Shown here: positions 11,241 through 26,283 of the stretch, piece by piece
How the letters are laid out: every line of letters begins with the position of its first letter
How positions within the stretch are numbered: position 1 is the first letter of the stretch
Source of the DNA: a virus
Reading direction: 5' to 3' (one strand)
DNA length: 64,000 bases
IMG/VR virus record: IMGVR_UViG_3300002494_000025
Coordinates: 71,375 to 135,374 of that record
Position numbers and translations under genes: made by a program
The notes under the pieces: generated by a model
Databases searched by the model: none
What the model saw: the letters and a program-made list of their open reading frames with translations, nothing else
What the model was told of the DNA's origin: nothing

Positions 11241-12863
11241 TCAAATTTTCAAAATCCAATCATAGTCATTATTGGTTATGTTTTCAGTCTCATTATTTAC
11301 TTCTTGTTGTTTGTTTTTATTAATGATTTTTTTACTCTCTTTTAAGTTTATTCTGAGTATTGTGTTTTCAATATGTTCAAATGTCTATTTTAAATTAATC
11401 CGATTTTGTTCAATCAACTGATTTCTCTAATAATATGCAAATGACAACTACATTACAAGGTCGTCATTATATCCATGTTTTGCTTGTGGTTTACCACCAC
11501 GGTATACAAAGACTAGTAACTCACTTATAATTCTTTCACTTCTGATATTTTCTGGAAATTCAGTAACGTATTCCTTCATCTATTTCAATATTAATGGTCG
11601 GGTAATTGCAGTAGTAATGATACCGTATGTACGAGTTTGGGATCGTTTTTCGAGATCTTGTGTGTTGATTTTCTATTCTTCTTTTGTACTGGAGATGTAT
11701 TTGTCGATGAACAAATTTGAATAACCTTTTTCACGTAGACGTCTTGCAACCTATAATCCCCATCCACCGGTAACTTCTATCTATATCGACTATGTGTTGT
11801 AATATTTACCAATCTCTATTAATACATCCTAATATTCAACATCTGATATATGTTTACTTGTAAAATCCTATACAACTTTACCATCTTCGTCAATTACAAC
11901 GAACTAAGACTAGTCATTTGACATTCCAGAAGCAACGTCTACGCCTATGATATACTATTTATTTTCCTTCACTTCTTCATACATATAAACTTCCCAACCG
12001 TTAATTTCAAATGAACTTATTGGTTTTTGTTGTGACTTTTGTAATTTTTCTAGTGTTACAGAATCCAAGTATGTGTCATTAGATGAAATGAAATGTAACT
12101 CTAATTCTTGCATTATTGCAAGATGGTCATTACCAAGTATTTCACATTGTTGTTTGTACCATGTATCGTCATAATACGGAATATCTCTCCAGTGGAATCT
12201 GAACAATGTATATGGTGGGTTATCTGAATTTATCTACTATTCATAATATCTATAGTAATCATTATCCACACCATTGGGTGTTGAATTGAGGATAATACCC
12301 CATGGAATACCAGAATTCTATATCGTAGCAAGTGTTGGTGCTAACTATTTTAACTATTCTTCAAGATTTGGGACAAACTACTACTCATCTACAATAACAG
12401 TTGACAATCTAAAAGAACGAAACGGGTTATTCGTATTACCCTATCGGATTACACTACCGTTAGAAAAATGGAGAGACTTTTTAAGAGGTCTCTCCAACTT
12501 AGGTAACCATGAAATTTTTGATAATTCGGAAATCTCATACATTTCTTTTATGTCTTGTAAGAATTGGTTTGCTTTATCTTGTTCAATTGATAAGATACCG
12601 ATATAGTATCTACTATAAAACAACTACAACCACAGTGATAATGCTTGTAATGTAGTGGACATACCTGTTTGTCGTGATTTTAACACCAACATCTTATGTT
12701 TTTCCAACCATAGTCGAATAAATTCTTTTTGTTTTTCAAACATTTTAAATGGTACAACACCCATTCTTTGATTAAAAATTTTTATATAATTTTCAATAAA
12801 ATAAATGGGGTCTGTTTTACATTTTAAATATTCTTGTATGTTATCGAGTTTTGTATTTTCCAT
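11241..12863 (-). CDS. terL: Terminase large subunit (T4 gp17-like), 540 aa, about 22 in-frame TAG
   Basis: KSRQTGMST (Walker A), VIVDE**F (Walker B), ILNSTPNG, IGVDVASG, GYNDDLVM*L; TGA stop. Confidence 0.95.
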
Positions 12864-12875
12864 TCGACATACCCC

Positions 12876-13289
12876 TCAATCAAAACGTATAACTACAAAC
12901 ATCTCTTCCGGTTCTAAAATTATCTGTGAGGTAAATTCATATGTTTGATATTTAGTTGTTTCTTTTAACATGTTAATATTCTCTTTATCCCGATATATTG
13001 TTATCGTTGGTATATGTTTAGATAGATAGTTAAACAAATCAATTAGTGACTGTTCAACTTCACTTTCACTTATATTAGTTGATTTTAATATTCTATTGAG
13101 AAACTATTCAGATGTAAGAAACTTTCTAATTTTTAAAGGTAGAGTAATAGACCAAAATTGTGTTGTAAACAAAACTGATACTGATATAATGTGATAATGT
13201 AACAAAATTTTAATAAGTGTGGATAAAAAAATCTCATAATTTGGTAGGTTGTTCATTTGTATACTGATGTGGACGATTTTTTTCAACAT
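12876..13289 (-). CDS. Hypothetical phage protein (137 aa, one TAG)
   Basis: GAGGA RBS; ORF 13104-13289 continues through TAG to a TGA overlapping the terL RBS. Confidence 0.65.
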
Positions 13290-13323
13290 CTCAAAACCAT
13301 TCCTCTATTAGTATAATGTTTGA

Positions 13324-13686
13324 TTATTCAAATTGTATTTCAAGTCTATTTGTCTAATAATGTTTAAGACTAACTGTTTGATTGTTGTTTGAAACGTCAG
13401 GAAGTTTAATATTGTTATTCATAATCTGTTGAATAAATTCTTTTAATAATTGTTTCATATCTTTATCAATTACATTGTTTGATAGATCTACAAGTTTGTG
13501 AAAGTCAAATGTTCCCAAATCTCTTACTGTTGTGTATGTTGTTCTTTTACCGGTTCTTGGGTCCTCCATATATGAATAGAATTTTACTTCAAACAAAATA
13601 TTTGTTGTTGGCCGACCTATTGAATCGTACGTAATCTTTGGTTTTATTTTTATCTCTTTAACTTCAATAAGATTAATTTTGTCCAT
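13324..13686 (-). CDS. Hypothetical phage protein (120 aa)
   Basis: ORF 13354-13686 extended 9 codons past TAG to TAA. Confidence 0.65.
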
Positions 13687-13749
13687 TAATACTCACCACC
13701 TTGTTATAATGAACATAATTTAGATAAATTGTTATTTGCATGATTGCGA

Positions 13750-14223
13750 TTAATTGTTTGTATCTATTGTATCTACAGATTTTCTTTTTCTTTTGTTTGT
13801 AGTTTGTTGTTCAGATTGTTTTTCTTTAGTTGTTTCTGTTGTTTCTGTGGTGGGTATTGATTCAGATTGTATTTCAGTGTTGTTAACATTAGATTCAACT
13901 GATAGTTCAACGTTTTCTTTAACGGGTTCTTGTGATTCAGACTGAGGTTCTACTGTTTCAATCACTTCTGTAGTTGTTGGTTCATGATTTTCCTCTGTTT
14001 CCACTTTTTCAACCTCGGGTTCAGATGGTATTTCTGTAGTGGGTGTTGATTCTACAGATTGGACTGTTGTTGTAAGTAGTTCAAATGCTTCGGGTTTCAT
14101 TTTATATACGGTCTCATCGATTTCGTACTGTTGATTTGCAAAAAATACTAAAACTTTAAACAATCCTTCATCGTTGTAAAATATTTGTGTGTTTTTAGTA
14201 CACAACACCTTAACATTTGCCAT
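13750..14223 (-). CDS. Hypothetical protein with E/T-rich low-complexity tail
   Basis: Intact ORF with GGGGGG RBS and TAA stop. Confidence 0.75.
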   Translation of the reverse strand: MANVKVLCTKNTQIFYNDEGLFKVLVFFANQQYEIDETVYKMKPEAFELLTTTVQSVESTPTTEIPSEPEVEKVETEENHEPTTTEVIETVEPQSESQEPVKENVELSVESNVNNTEIQSESIPTTETTETTKEKQSEQQTTNKRKRKSVDTIDTNN

Positions 14224-14312
14224 ACTTGATTACCCCCCATCTTATGAATGTTTTAGTTTAGACATTGATATTTACATATTTTTAAGTTTGTTTTAAATTT
14301 GACATTGTGGGT

Positions 14313-14699
14313 TTAAAAAATTACTTTGTTGAAGTTATTACTTTTAGATACACGTTCGTTTTTGATATCATAATAAATAAACTTACTATCATTAGGATTG
14401 GGTTTTTCAACACCAAAAACATAGAAATATATATTATCAGAATAGTCGTTTATATTGACACGGTGACGCTTCTAATATTTAAAATTATCACCATGAATTA
14501 TAGTGAATGGAAAATCAACTGGTCGACGATTGTAATAGAAAAATCTCACAATTAAAGACAGACTGTCTCTTTGTGTTAACCAGTATTTTGACAGAAAGTC
14601 ATCAAGTTCATGAAAGTTTTTGAAAATGAATACAAGGTTCTCCTTATCATTTGTTAAATTTGTCTTTACGATAAATTCAACTTTTTCCATGTAAACCAC
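14313..14699 (-). CDS. Hypothetical phage protein (one TAG)
   Basis: ORF 14472-14699 continues through TAG to TAA at 14313. Confidence 0.6.
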
Positions 14700-14709
14700 A
14701 TACCCCCTA

Positions 14710-15339
14710 TCAATATTTTTGGTTACTATCCTGGTTATTGATTTTTTCTAAATATTCAAAAACATCCTCACTGTTAGAAAAATCATATGTTTTATTATAT
14801 ACTTCATTTTCGTCAATATATGTATTATTTTCAATTGTAGTCATAGTATTACCAACAAGACCAGTAGATTTGATTTGTTTGTAACCATTTATTAACATTC
14901 GTCTCAATAAAGTATCAAAGTCGGTCTCCAGATTTTCATTTTCGTTTAGAATATCATCTACGACTGTCTTATTTATCACAGTATCATTTGATTGTGTATT
15001 TGTAAGTATATATTCGAATAAAATTTTTAGGTATGTATCATTAAGAACATATAAAACCATAGATTCATTAACTCCATCGAATACAACCTTGGTAAAATGT
15101 GAGGAATCCTATTCATCAACACTGTCCTCACAGTAGTTGTATTTATTTAGTATACTAGTGTCAACCGTGTGTGATTGTATGAATGAATTAATTATGTTAA
15201 TTAAATTGGGATGTCCAATTATCTATTTGTATGTATCCAAAAATTTAAACACAGACTTTTTTAAATTTGTTACATTTTGTAAATACATTTGTTTAATTAT
15301 ATTACACATTGTCTGTATAAATGTATTATCTGGTGACAT
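14710..15339 (-). CDS. Hypothetical phage protein (209 aa, two TAG)
   Basis: ATG at 15339 in frame with ORF 14710-15060; TGA stop. Confidence 0.6.
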
Positions 15340-15452
15340 TCCTATATCCCACCTTTCGATTTTGTCAATAGTTTAAACACATTATTAAGTTTATTGTTTT
15401 TTAACTGATATTAACATTAACCAAACTTATAAACAGGTGGTGATGTATAATT

Positions 15453-15944
15453 ATGGCTTTAATTGAAAATATTATTAGTCGGTACAAAACACAGACACTT
15501 GAGAATGCAAATAAAAATGTATTATACGATTTTCAGGTGGAGATTGATCCCCCACCCTCAAATAAGGTATCTAAAGATATAACAAATTATGTCATATCGA
15601 TATCTTCCATACCGTCATATTCACTAAATATGGATAACATAAACATTGGTGGACTATTTGAATTTGTTTTTCCAAAATCTTTGACTGTTACAGGAACATT
15701 ATCACTTACGATTTTAGATTCACATAGTTACGATTTCTATAAAAATTATGTATACGATTGTTTCATCAACCAAAAAATTTTTACAATTACTCTTATGATA
15801 ACAAATTTGGGAAGATATGTGTTTTATGGATAGAAAATTTTGAAAATACCAGATCTGTCATTTGAATTGGTTGGTAACGGTCCAAGTCCTCTGCAATATA
15901 CACTTGATATAGATTACAACAGGTTTACCTTTTCGTTTGAATAA
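15453..15944 (+). CDS. Tail tube protein (gp19-like), 163 aa
   Basis: YDFQVEI, SIPS, FPKSLT..GTLSLT, RYVFYG*KI, LQYTLDIDY pattern; one TAG, TAA stop. Confidence 0.7.
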
Positions 15945-15974
15945 TAATTTAATACTGTCAACGAGGTGAGGTTG

Positions 15975-18971
15975 ATGTTAACTAAATATAGTATTGACGA
16001 TAAAGTTGATTTAAGTAAACTCAATGAGGTAACAACAAAAATAAAAAATACAAAAACACTGATATATAACTTGACCTTCAATAATGTAAAGAAAAATATT
16101 GTTATCGATTTTAGTGATGCAATGTTCGATTATTCAACAAATTGGTTAATTATAAATACAACCATAAAATAGGGTTATATGAAATATCATAACCAATATA
16201 TTTTTAATAAAGATGATATTGAACTCAGAATTCCGATTTTTTATCCATCACAGTATCAAATTGAATTATTACTTTTTAACTGGAATCATATAAATAAAAT
16301 ATTGTCCAATACACAATTTGAACAAAAAATAGACATATATCTATTAAATAAATTGATATTTTACAATGTTCAAAATGAATTAAATTTGTCTTTGAAGTTA
16401 ATTGACTCACTTTACATGAATAATCAGTTTGAAGTTATTGATAAACCTGTTCTTTTTGTTGGTGTATATGATCAAAATACTAACTACGGATATGTAGTAT
16501 TAAACGATAGTAACATATTGACACTCTACTATAAACGAGATGGTAATATTATACAATTTGACAAACCACTTGATATTTTGAATAGTTTGAAATAGAACAG
16601 TACTATTGAACTTTATAATGTTACATTTACAAATATGTACACTGATATGAACTTGGGGAATGTGTTCAAAAGCTTTTTTACTACATTAATACAAAAGAAA
16701 ACAACCAATATGATATTTGGTACCCAAGATTTTTATAATTAGTTCAGTTTCAAATATACAATTAATGAGTTTGAAGAAATGTTCAAGAACTTCTTTTTAG
16801 AAGATGTTATAGATTATTACAATATCATGAACTATAACAAACTATCCTTTAACATCTTTTCATTAAATCAACTTGATATATTACACGACATTACTTTTTT
16901 ACAAATATCTAAACTGTTACAATTATTTAGTGATACCCTTGATTCGAGATATTTGTTGGAGTTTTACAAGTTTTACATAAACAACAAGGACTTTATAAAC
17001 TTTTATATATTGTATCCACAATTTACTGAGTTATTTAAAATGTTTGACGATGTCTTTGTAAAATATGGATTTAACTACATCCAATAGCAAAATATCATTG
17101 ATAATTTGTTGATTAACGATGAATCATTTGTTGATGTTATTTCTACATGTGTTTTATATTTCACAAACATGTCCAATCTACGAATTAAATTTACAAGTAC
17201 TGATATATAGGAATTAACAAATGAAACTACATTAAAATCTTTGATTTATGTAAAAAATTTTTTTGGTGAAAATATTCTTGACAATATCAGTCCAGAATTG
17301 GCATAGTTACTAACATTGTTTGATATTACATACTTTATTAATAATTCAATTCTTTCATATAACGTATTATCTGAAATGGTACTAAAAGACAATGTTGTAT
17401 CTATAACAAAAAACCCACATGTTAGTGGTTCATTACATAATAATAATATTTTCAATATGTTGGGATACCCATCATCAATTTGTACTGTTGACATGAATTA
17501 TACGTCCAAACAATTAACTAGAAAAAAATTCATTACTAGTATTTTCATTGTAACAAACCCAGTAAACTTACCAACTCCTCTAACAGAAAACAATTTACCA
17601 AATCTTGCTTTGTTTTCACCGTATAATACTTTGGAAATTAAACCTGATACGTTTATGAAATCACTGGTTGTTGATTTGAATACTCAGATTGTTCAACAAT
17701 CAAAGAGTTATGTTCTTATTGATATGAAGTACGTCACAAAAGAAAGTAGACAGGTTTATATACCTGCCTATGAACCATTATCGTTATATAACCAATATAA
17801 TGTTACTGAAATTACACTTCAAAATATGTCAACATTACAGTCAATTCTAAACTTGTTTAAACAGTATAACATGTTGGAAATATTTAAAACATTCTATATG
17901 TTCTTTAACAACATGACTATTAAAGTCAGTCATGTGAGTGATAAAGATAATACTTTTAATAACGTACTACTTCAACTACATAATACAAAAACAAATGATG
18001 ACTTATATGTACACATTCATAATGACCAAGTTTTTGTAAACAATCACCCACTTTCAACGTACGAAAAATCAGATATTAAGTAGATATGTTCATAGATTAG
18101 AAGTAATTCACTTAAGTCAGTCTTTATACTTGATAATGTAATTGATCCTAATCGTGTTATTGTTGTTTCTATAAATTACAATCTATTATCAAAAGAGTTC
18201 AGTATTGAACTTTCAAATGTTGTCATATTCTACAATGAATTTTCAAATGAGGTCTATTATTATTACAAAACATACAAACGAAATGTTAACATAATTGTAA
18301 TGAATTATAATGTTAAAAACAATCCAATACCACATCCACCAGTATAGACATATAGTAATGGTGTATTGGCAACAAATGATGGACTTAATTTAATTGTTGA
18401 CAAAATATTTGAAAAACCACTTAATGAGACATCTTTTGGTGTACCGTCTAGAACAAATGAACTTGATATTGTCAGACTTGTAAACACATTGGAAAATATT
18501 CTACCAAATAGTGTTTTGAATACACTAATAACAAATTTCAACCAACTGAAGTACAAGATATTTGATGATTTTACAACTTATAAACAATTGTCCGACATTT
18601 TAAACATTTTCACAAGTACACAACGACAAACACTATTATAGATTGTAAAAGATATTATTAAAAATACAATTCCAAATTATTCATCTGGTATCGTAATAAA
18701 TGACAGTTTTGTGAAGGATGTCATTTTACCATAGGTTTTTAATAACCCAAACCTTGTAAATACACTTACAAGTAATGGGTTTAATGTAAACAACCCAGAT
18801 GTGATGAACACAATTGTGGAAACAATATTAGTTGAATAGAAAAATTTACAAGACGTAATAAAATAGGCAATTATTTTTAACCAACCCATTGATTCATCAC
18901 TTCTCAATAACTAGATGTTACTCAACATGTTACTAAATTATTGTGTTGCGTGTTCTGGTAATAACCATTGA
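15975..18971 (+). CDS. Large hypothetical (likely structural) protein, 998 aa, TAG=Ala
   Basis: ORFs at 15966, 16179, 16779, 17316 and 18366 share one frame separated only by TAG; TGA stop. Confidence 0.75.
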
Positions 18972-18982
18972 GGTGATACATA

Positions 18983-20545
18983 ATGTTTGGATTAGTCCTA
19001 TAGGTTGGAATATAGATTGGTGTCTAGAAATAGATCTTTGATAAAAAGGGACAACCAAAACCAGTAGTATCATCACAACCACCATCTTCACAACGACCAA
19101 AAACACCAAAACTTGATGTAATTAAAAACGTACGTGATGATGATAATAGACAACGGTATAAATATAGACCAAATCCAATATTTATTCCACGTCAAACCAT
19201 CAAAAAACCACAATTTTATAATGAACTTGATATAAAGGAAAAAATAAGGACGTAGTTCAAAAGAAATCACAGTGTAAATAAACCTATTTTTACATTACCC
19301 ACAAATAATAAACGTACTTATATTGTTCCAAAGTTTACACGTAAACCAATTATATCGGTTCGTAACGTTTCTATCAAAAGAACTACTACAGTACCAAAAA
19401 CTAGTCCAAATGATTACACATACTTTCTTTTTTCTAAACACCTCACTAACAATACCATTGATGTCAGAATTGAATTTATAGTAAATGACACCAAGTCTAT
19501 ATATGTTGATCCTTTACATATAAAATACTTTAGAGAATATTTGACATTTACAAAATATACAAACACATATATATTACGAATATTGTCACCATCAATGTTT
19601 TTGTACCGTGATTTGTTGGACAAGAATAACAAAATTAGAATCAAAGTAACAATCTATGATAATAACAATAAAATTTTTGAAAACACTTACATTCCACTCT
19701 CAATAGTTTCTAATATCGTAGATGTAAATAGTATTGATGGCGGGAATAATTCAAATGTCATTTTTGATATTACAATGGTATCTGAACTGTTTTTGAAAAT
19801 GTACAAAAACTATACATTTAGAAAGTATGTCGGTATGACACCGGAAGAAATTTTACACAACTTGTAGAAATCTTATAACTACACTGCCAAAACAACTAAT
19901 ACCACAATTACCACCAACAACATTATCTATAAATATTCGAATATGAATGATATTGATTTTTTAAAATACTTATCAAATATTGCAAAATCTGAATCTAACC
20001 CAACTGTTACTTCAATATTTGATATATATCACTTCTATGTCCATGATAATAGTCTTTTATCTGTTAACACTAATTATTTTAAAAATAATCCAATCATAAT
20101 CGATAGTTAGTATGTACCATATTTAAAAACAACAAACTACGTATATAATACAGTTCCCCAATTGAATGAACTGTTAGTATTGTCATATGATGTTGAAAAA
20201 ATTAATCTGTTAACAAACAACATAACCAATCAATCTGATATGTTTGATAATGGACATGTGTATAGAAATAGTTTCGTGATGTTTAATAATAATGATGTAC
20301 CAATTGAATTGGAAATGATCAAAAAGAATAGAAAAAAATTTAACATTTTACAAAATACCATGATTGTGGTTATCCCAATTAACATTCCAAATCTTACCGT
20401 GTTTAGTTACATTAAAGTGGTTAACGACATTTAGATACAAAAACTTGGGTTCCAAGAAGGTATTGTACTAGGTTACTTTGCTGATGTACATAATACAGAA
20501 AGTTTGCTTTTTACAACAGTACTGATTATACATAAATTGAAATGA
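18983..20545 (+). CDS. Putative baseplate hub/tail protein (gp27-like) with hydrophobic N-terminus, 520 aa
   Basis: MFGLVL*VGI*IGV*K*IF reads as a hydrophobic helix with Ala; joins ORFs at 19541 and 20162; TGA stop. Confidence 0.6.
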
Positions 20546-20673
20546 TTAAGATGACCAATTGGAGAACAAAGTGTATGTAAAACTATATATATGACTTAAC
20601 CGGGGATTTTACTTTTCAAACTTAAAAATGAATTACATCAAAATTAATAAAGTAAAATTGAGGTGATAATAAT

Positions 20674-23600
20674 ATGAAATTAAACAAAACATTGAGATTA
20701 AAAACTATTAATTTTATGATGGGTTTGTTAAAGAAAGACATTAACGAAGTTGATAATATAATTCGTATTGAACTTCAATCAGATGTATACAATCAAATAT
20801 TATCGGAATTAAGGGCAGGTAAAGTCATTAGAATTTTAATAGATCACGAACTGATGAACATTGTAAAGTTTCATCAACAAATTTACCATAATGGAACTAC
20901 AAATAATTATGTTGCAGAATTTTTTGTTATACGTGGTGTTGAAAATACACAACCGGTACCACACAAATCATCGAATAATACAGTAGTTAGACAAGTCTTA
21001 ACATCCGAACTGTTTGAAACATAGTACAATAGTACAGAGTTGGACAAAGTTTTATACAATGAATTAGAGTCTTTAAACTAGTTTGTGTAGGATATATCCG
21101 GTTCTGGATTTATTAATAATATGTTAACAAGCAATGTTCAGATAAATTAGAATGAATATCAAGGTAATTTACTTGTTGTGGATTTTGATGTATTAGAGGA
21201 GTATGCCAATACCGGATATAATCCCGGTTCTATAAATACAAGTGTTAATTCAGTTTTATTTTACCCACGTACAAATCCTTCTGAAAATGATAAACTGTCT
21301 CTAAATTCACTTGTCTTATACAAAGATACAAATAATATAGTTCATTATTATTACATAACAAATATTATAAAAGATAGTAACAATAAAATCGTTTGTCAAC
21401 TTTAGGAAATCCCATCAAATAGTGGTGTACTTCAAAATATTTCCTTTGTATATTCAAAATATCACAAAAGTTTGTTCATGACAAAGGATGGTACACCAAC
21501 ACGGTTATAGTTTGTCAAAGACATAATTGACGGTATAAATCGTAATACATAGTAGAATTTGAGTAGAACTCAAGATACCTACTATACTACAAATTAGGAA
21601 CTGTATAATGTTATCAATAGTAATGGACAAAATACAGCACCAGGAAAATATTTCGGATTTTTTAACAATATTGATAGATTGTTAACAGTAACTTACTATC
21701 CCAACTCAACCCTTTCATATTCAACAAACACCTTGAATCCGTATCCTAATAAAATTGTCTCGGATTCCCGTGTACTGTTCGATCTTACAAGAAACAATCT
21801 TTATATACACAATAAGGACATTATTGTTGATTAGGCGAACAATGTTTCATTCTATGGTAATATATCTTTTAAAACTGGGTTAACAATCGATGGTAAATCA
21901 GACAACCTGTTCCGGGTATCGTATTCTACAAATAACAAAACATATATAAATTTTGAAAATAATCCTAATGATGGTGAATAGGACTTAACAATTTCTACTG
22001 TCAATAATTTTGATATTCAAACACGTTATTTTCGAATATCTGACAGAAATACAACACCAAATCAGATTGTAAGTATTGATACTAATACATAGACTGATAG
22101 AAAGTTATCAATTTCAAATCTCAATAGTTTATCAATGAACAGTAACAATATTAGTATCATGTCACCAACGAAAACACAATTAACCGTTGGTGATAAATTA
22201 ACATTTGAAGCTTTAAAATCAACCAATAACCTTGTAGATGTAAATGTCGATTACATCAATACACTCACATTTAAGAATGTATATACGATTAGTATCAGAA
22301 ATGACGTAACCACAGAAAGTATAAATGTTTCATTGTCAAATTAGTTGAATAAAACAATAACACTATCAAACCTTAATAACTTCAGTGTTCTTACAAGTGT
22401 AAATAATGTGACTGTAAATCCATATAATAACATCCAGTTAACAGCACCAAATATTTCAATTAATAATGTTAATACATTCAATTTGTCATAGAAAATCAAT
22501 ACCAGTGAAAGAACAGTCCTTACGATTAAAAATACTGGTATTGATTTGAACGTTAGTGTTATTCTAACCAATGTAAATGTCCTTGATACAGATACAAGTC
22601 TTGTAAATATCAATACAAAATCAGTTACTATCAAAGATGGAACAAACGAATATATTAAACTTCAAACTGGTACTACAAATACATTAACAATTAACAATTT
22701 GTCAAATACAAGTATTATTAGTAATATATTTAGTCTAAAAACAGGAACAGTTCTATCACCAACTGAAAAAATAAGTGTCAATACTGATACTATTCTACTT
22801 AACAATAGTACACTATTGATAAATGGTAGTACACTTCAATTCAATACATAGTCAGTACTTACAATTAAAAATGGAACCACCGGGAATAATGTAATCGGAA
22901 TAAAGGTCAATGGAACAGATAATTACCTGGAGACAACTACTAAAAATGTTCGTATATATACAACAAATAATACTAAGATAAATTTAAATGTCTCCGGTAT
23001 TGAAAAAGAAATTCTCTCAATTGTCAACAATAACAACACCTCTGAATTTAATGTAACTGCTAATAAAATATATCTTGAAGGTAGTATAAATACTTCTGTA
23101 AATACTAACAAATTTACAATATCTACAAACACTACCGAATATCTCAATATTACAAATACCGGAACAGCATAGACACTTACAATATCCAATCTTAGTACAA
23201 TTGATGTTAATACACAATTGTCTCAAACATATAAAATCAATAATAACGAACGTTTGAAAATTGATGATTCCTCAATTACTACAAATGTTACAAATCTATC
23301 AATCAAATATAATACAACAACATTTGTTGATATTAACACGAATACAAATAGTATTAATACTACAGTTAAAAATATTTACACTAAAGTCTCCGATGTCTAT
23401 AAACTGGGTGTTATATACGATGGAATAAATACTACCAATGTCGTATCTGCAACAAATTCAGCATCATCTGTATTACTTACACTTAATGCAAATAATATTA
23501 CAACAGTCAGTAATACAACAAATATCAATTTTCATAACATATTTAACATAGGTCTTCCAACAAAAACATATTTAATATTGAAAAATGATGATACACTTAG

Positions 23601-26118
23601 TGTAAATAATCTGTCAACCACAACATTTGATACATCTACTTCACACCTATTTAAAATTAATGGCGGTAATAGATTATTAATTAATACCACCAATGTTGAT
23701 ATAACAGTTTCAAATCTCAAATAGTCTGTAACAGATTTCAATGTTGGTAGTGGTACTACATATTTAAATCTCAACACTACCAACAACTTAGTGAATGTTA
23801 CAACAAAAGACTTTAATGTAACAACAAGTAATATCACATCAAATGTTGATAATTCATTTATATAGAATGTAAAAAATCAATTCACCGTTAGTGTTAGTGT
23901 TAATAATGGTATATCACAAACAATTAAAAACGTGTTAAGTATTTCTAATTCAAGTAATACATCTAAAGTTTTACTAACTGTAGACAATATTGATACCGAT
24001 GTCACATCATCACTTATTGTACGTAAGGGTTCGTATAACTATGTAATAGTAGATACACCCAATAACACACTTACAACACAAGCAAATAATGTGTACGTCA
24101 ACTCTAATACATTCTATGTAACTACTTATATTAATAATGGCATACAACAAATAACCACTACTGTTGTAAATATTACAAATACAAATAATAAATAGTCCTT
24201 GTATATCACAACTAATAACTTTAATGTTATATCTGATAATCTAAATACAACAATCAGTAATGTAATAACTAAAGTATCTAATACTTGGACATTGATGAAA
24301 AATACGACAGAATATATCAATGTCAATTTATTAACTGATACAACAACGTCATTAACAGTCAACAACTTTAACACAATTTCTCTAACATCAAATAACCACT
24401 CAATCAAAACAGGTAGTGTTGAACGAGTTAAAGTAGATAACACCAATGTAACTATCAACACAAATACATTATCAATTATTAATAACGGTAATACATTTGT
24501 TACTACAAATATTACACTCGATAAAGGCACCTATACCTTTGATAGACTCAGTAATTTCATAGTCAAGAAAGTTGGTACAACAAACAATGAACTGTTCAAA
24601 TTGAGTGAAACAATATTGAGTGTATCTAACCTGACAACAGTTGATATTAACGTACCAGACATAAAACTTAGTGGTACTAATACCAACATTAACTCAACTA
24701 ACTTGTATGTTACAAGTGATATAAACTTTAAATCAGGTAAAGTAATGATAAACAATGATACACTAAAAGCTTCTGGTCTTATAAACATTGATACAGATGT
24801 AAGTAACTATTACTTCAAAGTTGGTGGTACAAATAGGATTACACTTAACGGTACAGACTTAACTGTGTCATCTCTTAACAATGTAACGTTTACAACAACT
24901 AACTTTACAACAAATGTTACTACATTTATCATCAAAAAAGATTCATTGGAGTATATTAAAGTTACAAATTCTAATACTACATAGTCAACTGCAACATTAA
25001 CAATTGGTAATGTGAACAACATATTAGTTAATTAGGTTACTAATACAGAATTGAGGATAAATGATATTACTAAATTGTCACTTACAGCATCCAATCTTGA
25101 CATTACACAGTCCAATGTTATATAGAAAACTAACAACTTCAGTGTTTAGACAACTGGTGGTAGTAATATATTCACTGTTGATACAACAGGTAACAACATC
25201 AGTGTTAATACATCTACTGTCAACATCAATACAAATACACTTACATTTAGAACATATGTTAATACAGGAACATCGACAGTTTAGTCCAATGTATTAACCA
25301 TACAGAATGTAAATAACACAACACAAGTAGCTATTAATGTTAGTAATACAAATGGATTTATAGTCAATGGTAATACAGTATTTAACACAAGTTCACTACT
25401 TGTAAAAAATAGTACTACAGAATATGTCAATCTTATCGCGACGGGTACAACCACTCGATTTATTGTAAATAACTTCAACACAACTGAATTCAATACATCC
25501 ACATCACATACGTTTAAAGTCAATGGTAATAACCGACTCGAATTGGATATTACCAATGTTAACGTTTATACAAGTGCTACACTCAGACTTGATACACCAA
25601 CAATGTTAATTACAAGTGGTGGTAATACATTCGTAAATACAACAGTCTCAACAAATACAGTAAGTATAAAAATTAATAAATTAAATACACTAACTATCAA
25701 TAAAGATACTACGTCAAACAATACTCTTGTATTACTCAATAGTTCAAAACTATAGATTAATAACTTAACAAATGTGTCCATATCTACGTCTTCTGATATT
25801 AACATCACAACACAAAATGTGAATACAGAATTTAACGGTTCATACATTGTCAGAAGTACTACTACACCATCTGTAGAGTTTGTTAATATAAATACAACAT
25901 CAAATAACATTACACTAAAAGGTAATACAATTTCGATACAAAAAACAGATGGTACACAAACTGTAAATATTAATACATAGAATACAGGGACAACAAATCC
26001 GACCACACCAACAGTTACTGTAAACGGCACTATCAAAACAAATGTAATAAATCTTAATGATAAGGTATATATCCAGTTCAATCCAACAACAAATGAATTG
26101 GAATTTGTGTTCGTATAA
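20674..26118 (+). CDS. Long tail fibre/adhesin with T/N-rich beta repeats, 1814 aa, TAG=Ala
   Basis: Nine listed + strand ORFs share one frame; C-terminal IQFNPTTNELEFVFV typical of fibre ends; TAA at 26116. Confidence 0.8.
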
Positions 26119-26283
26119 TTTATGTAACAATAACATGTATTAACAAATTTGTTAACGAGAATTTCACTATTTTACGTTGTCATAATTTTCAAATTAAAAC
26201 TTAATATTGAAATCCGTATATTGTAATATTCGATTTTATGGATGTAATAATAATTTTTCATAATTGAAGGGGGGAAATATACA

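Noticed and set aside
11241-12863. TAG=Gln (code 15), Trp or pyrrolysine
   Set aside because: DEQQF, HNFGIQID and KYQLQL break known motifs whereas Ala restores them; the tRNA has Ala identity elements; no pyl genes are visible
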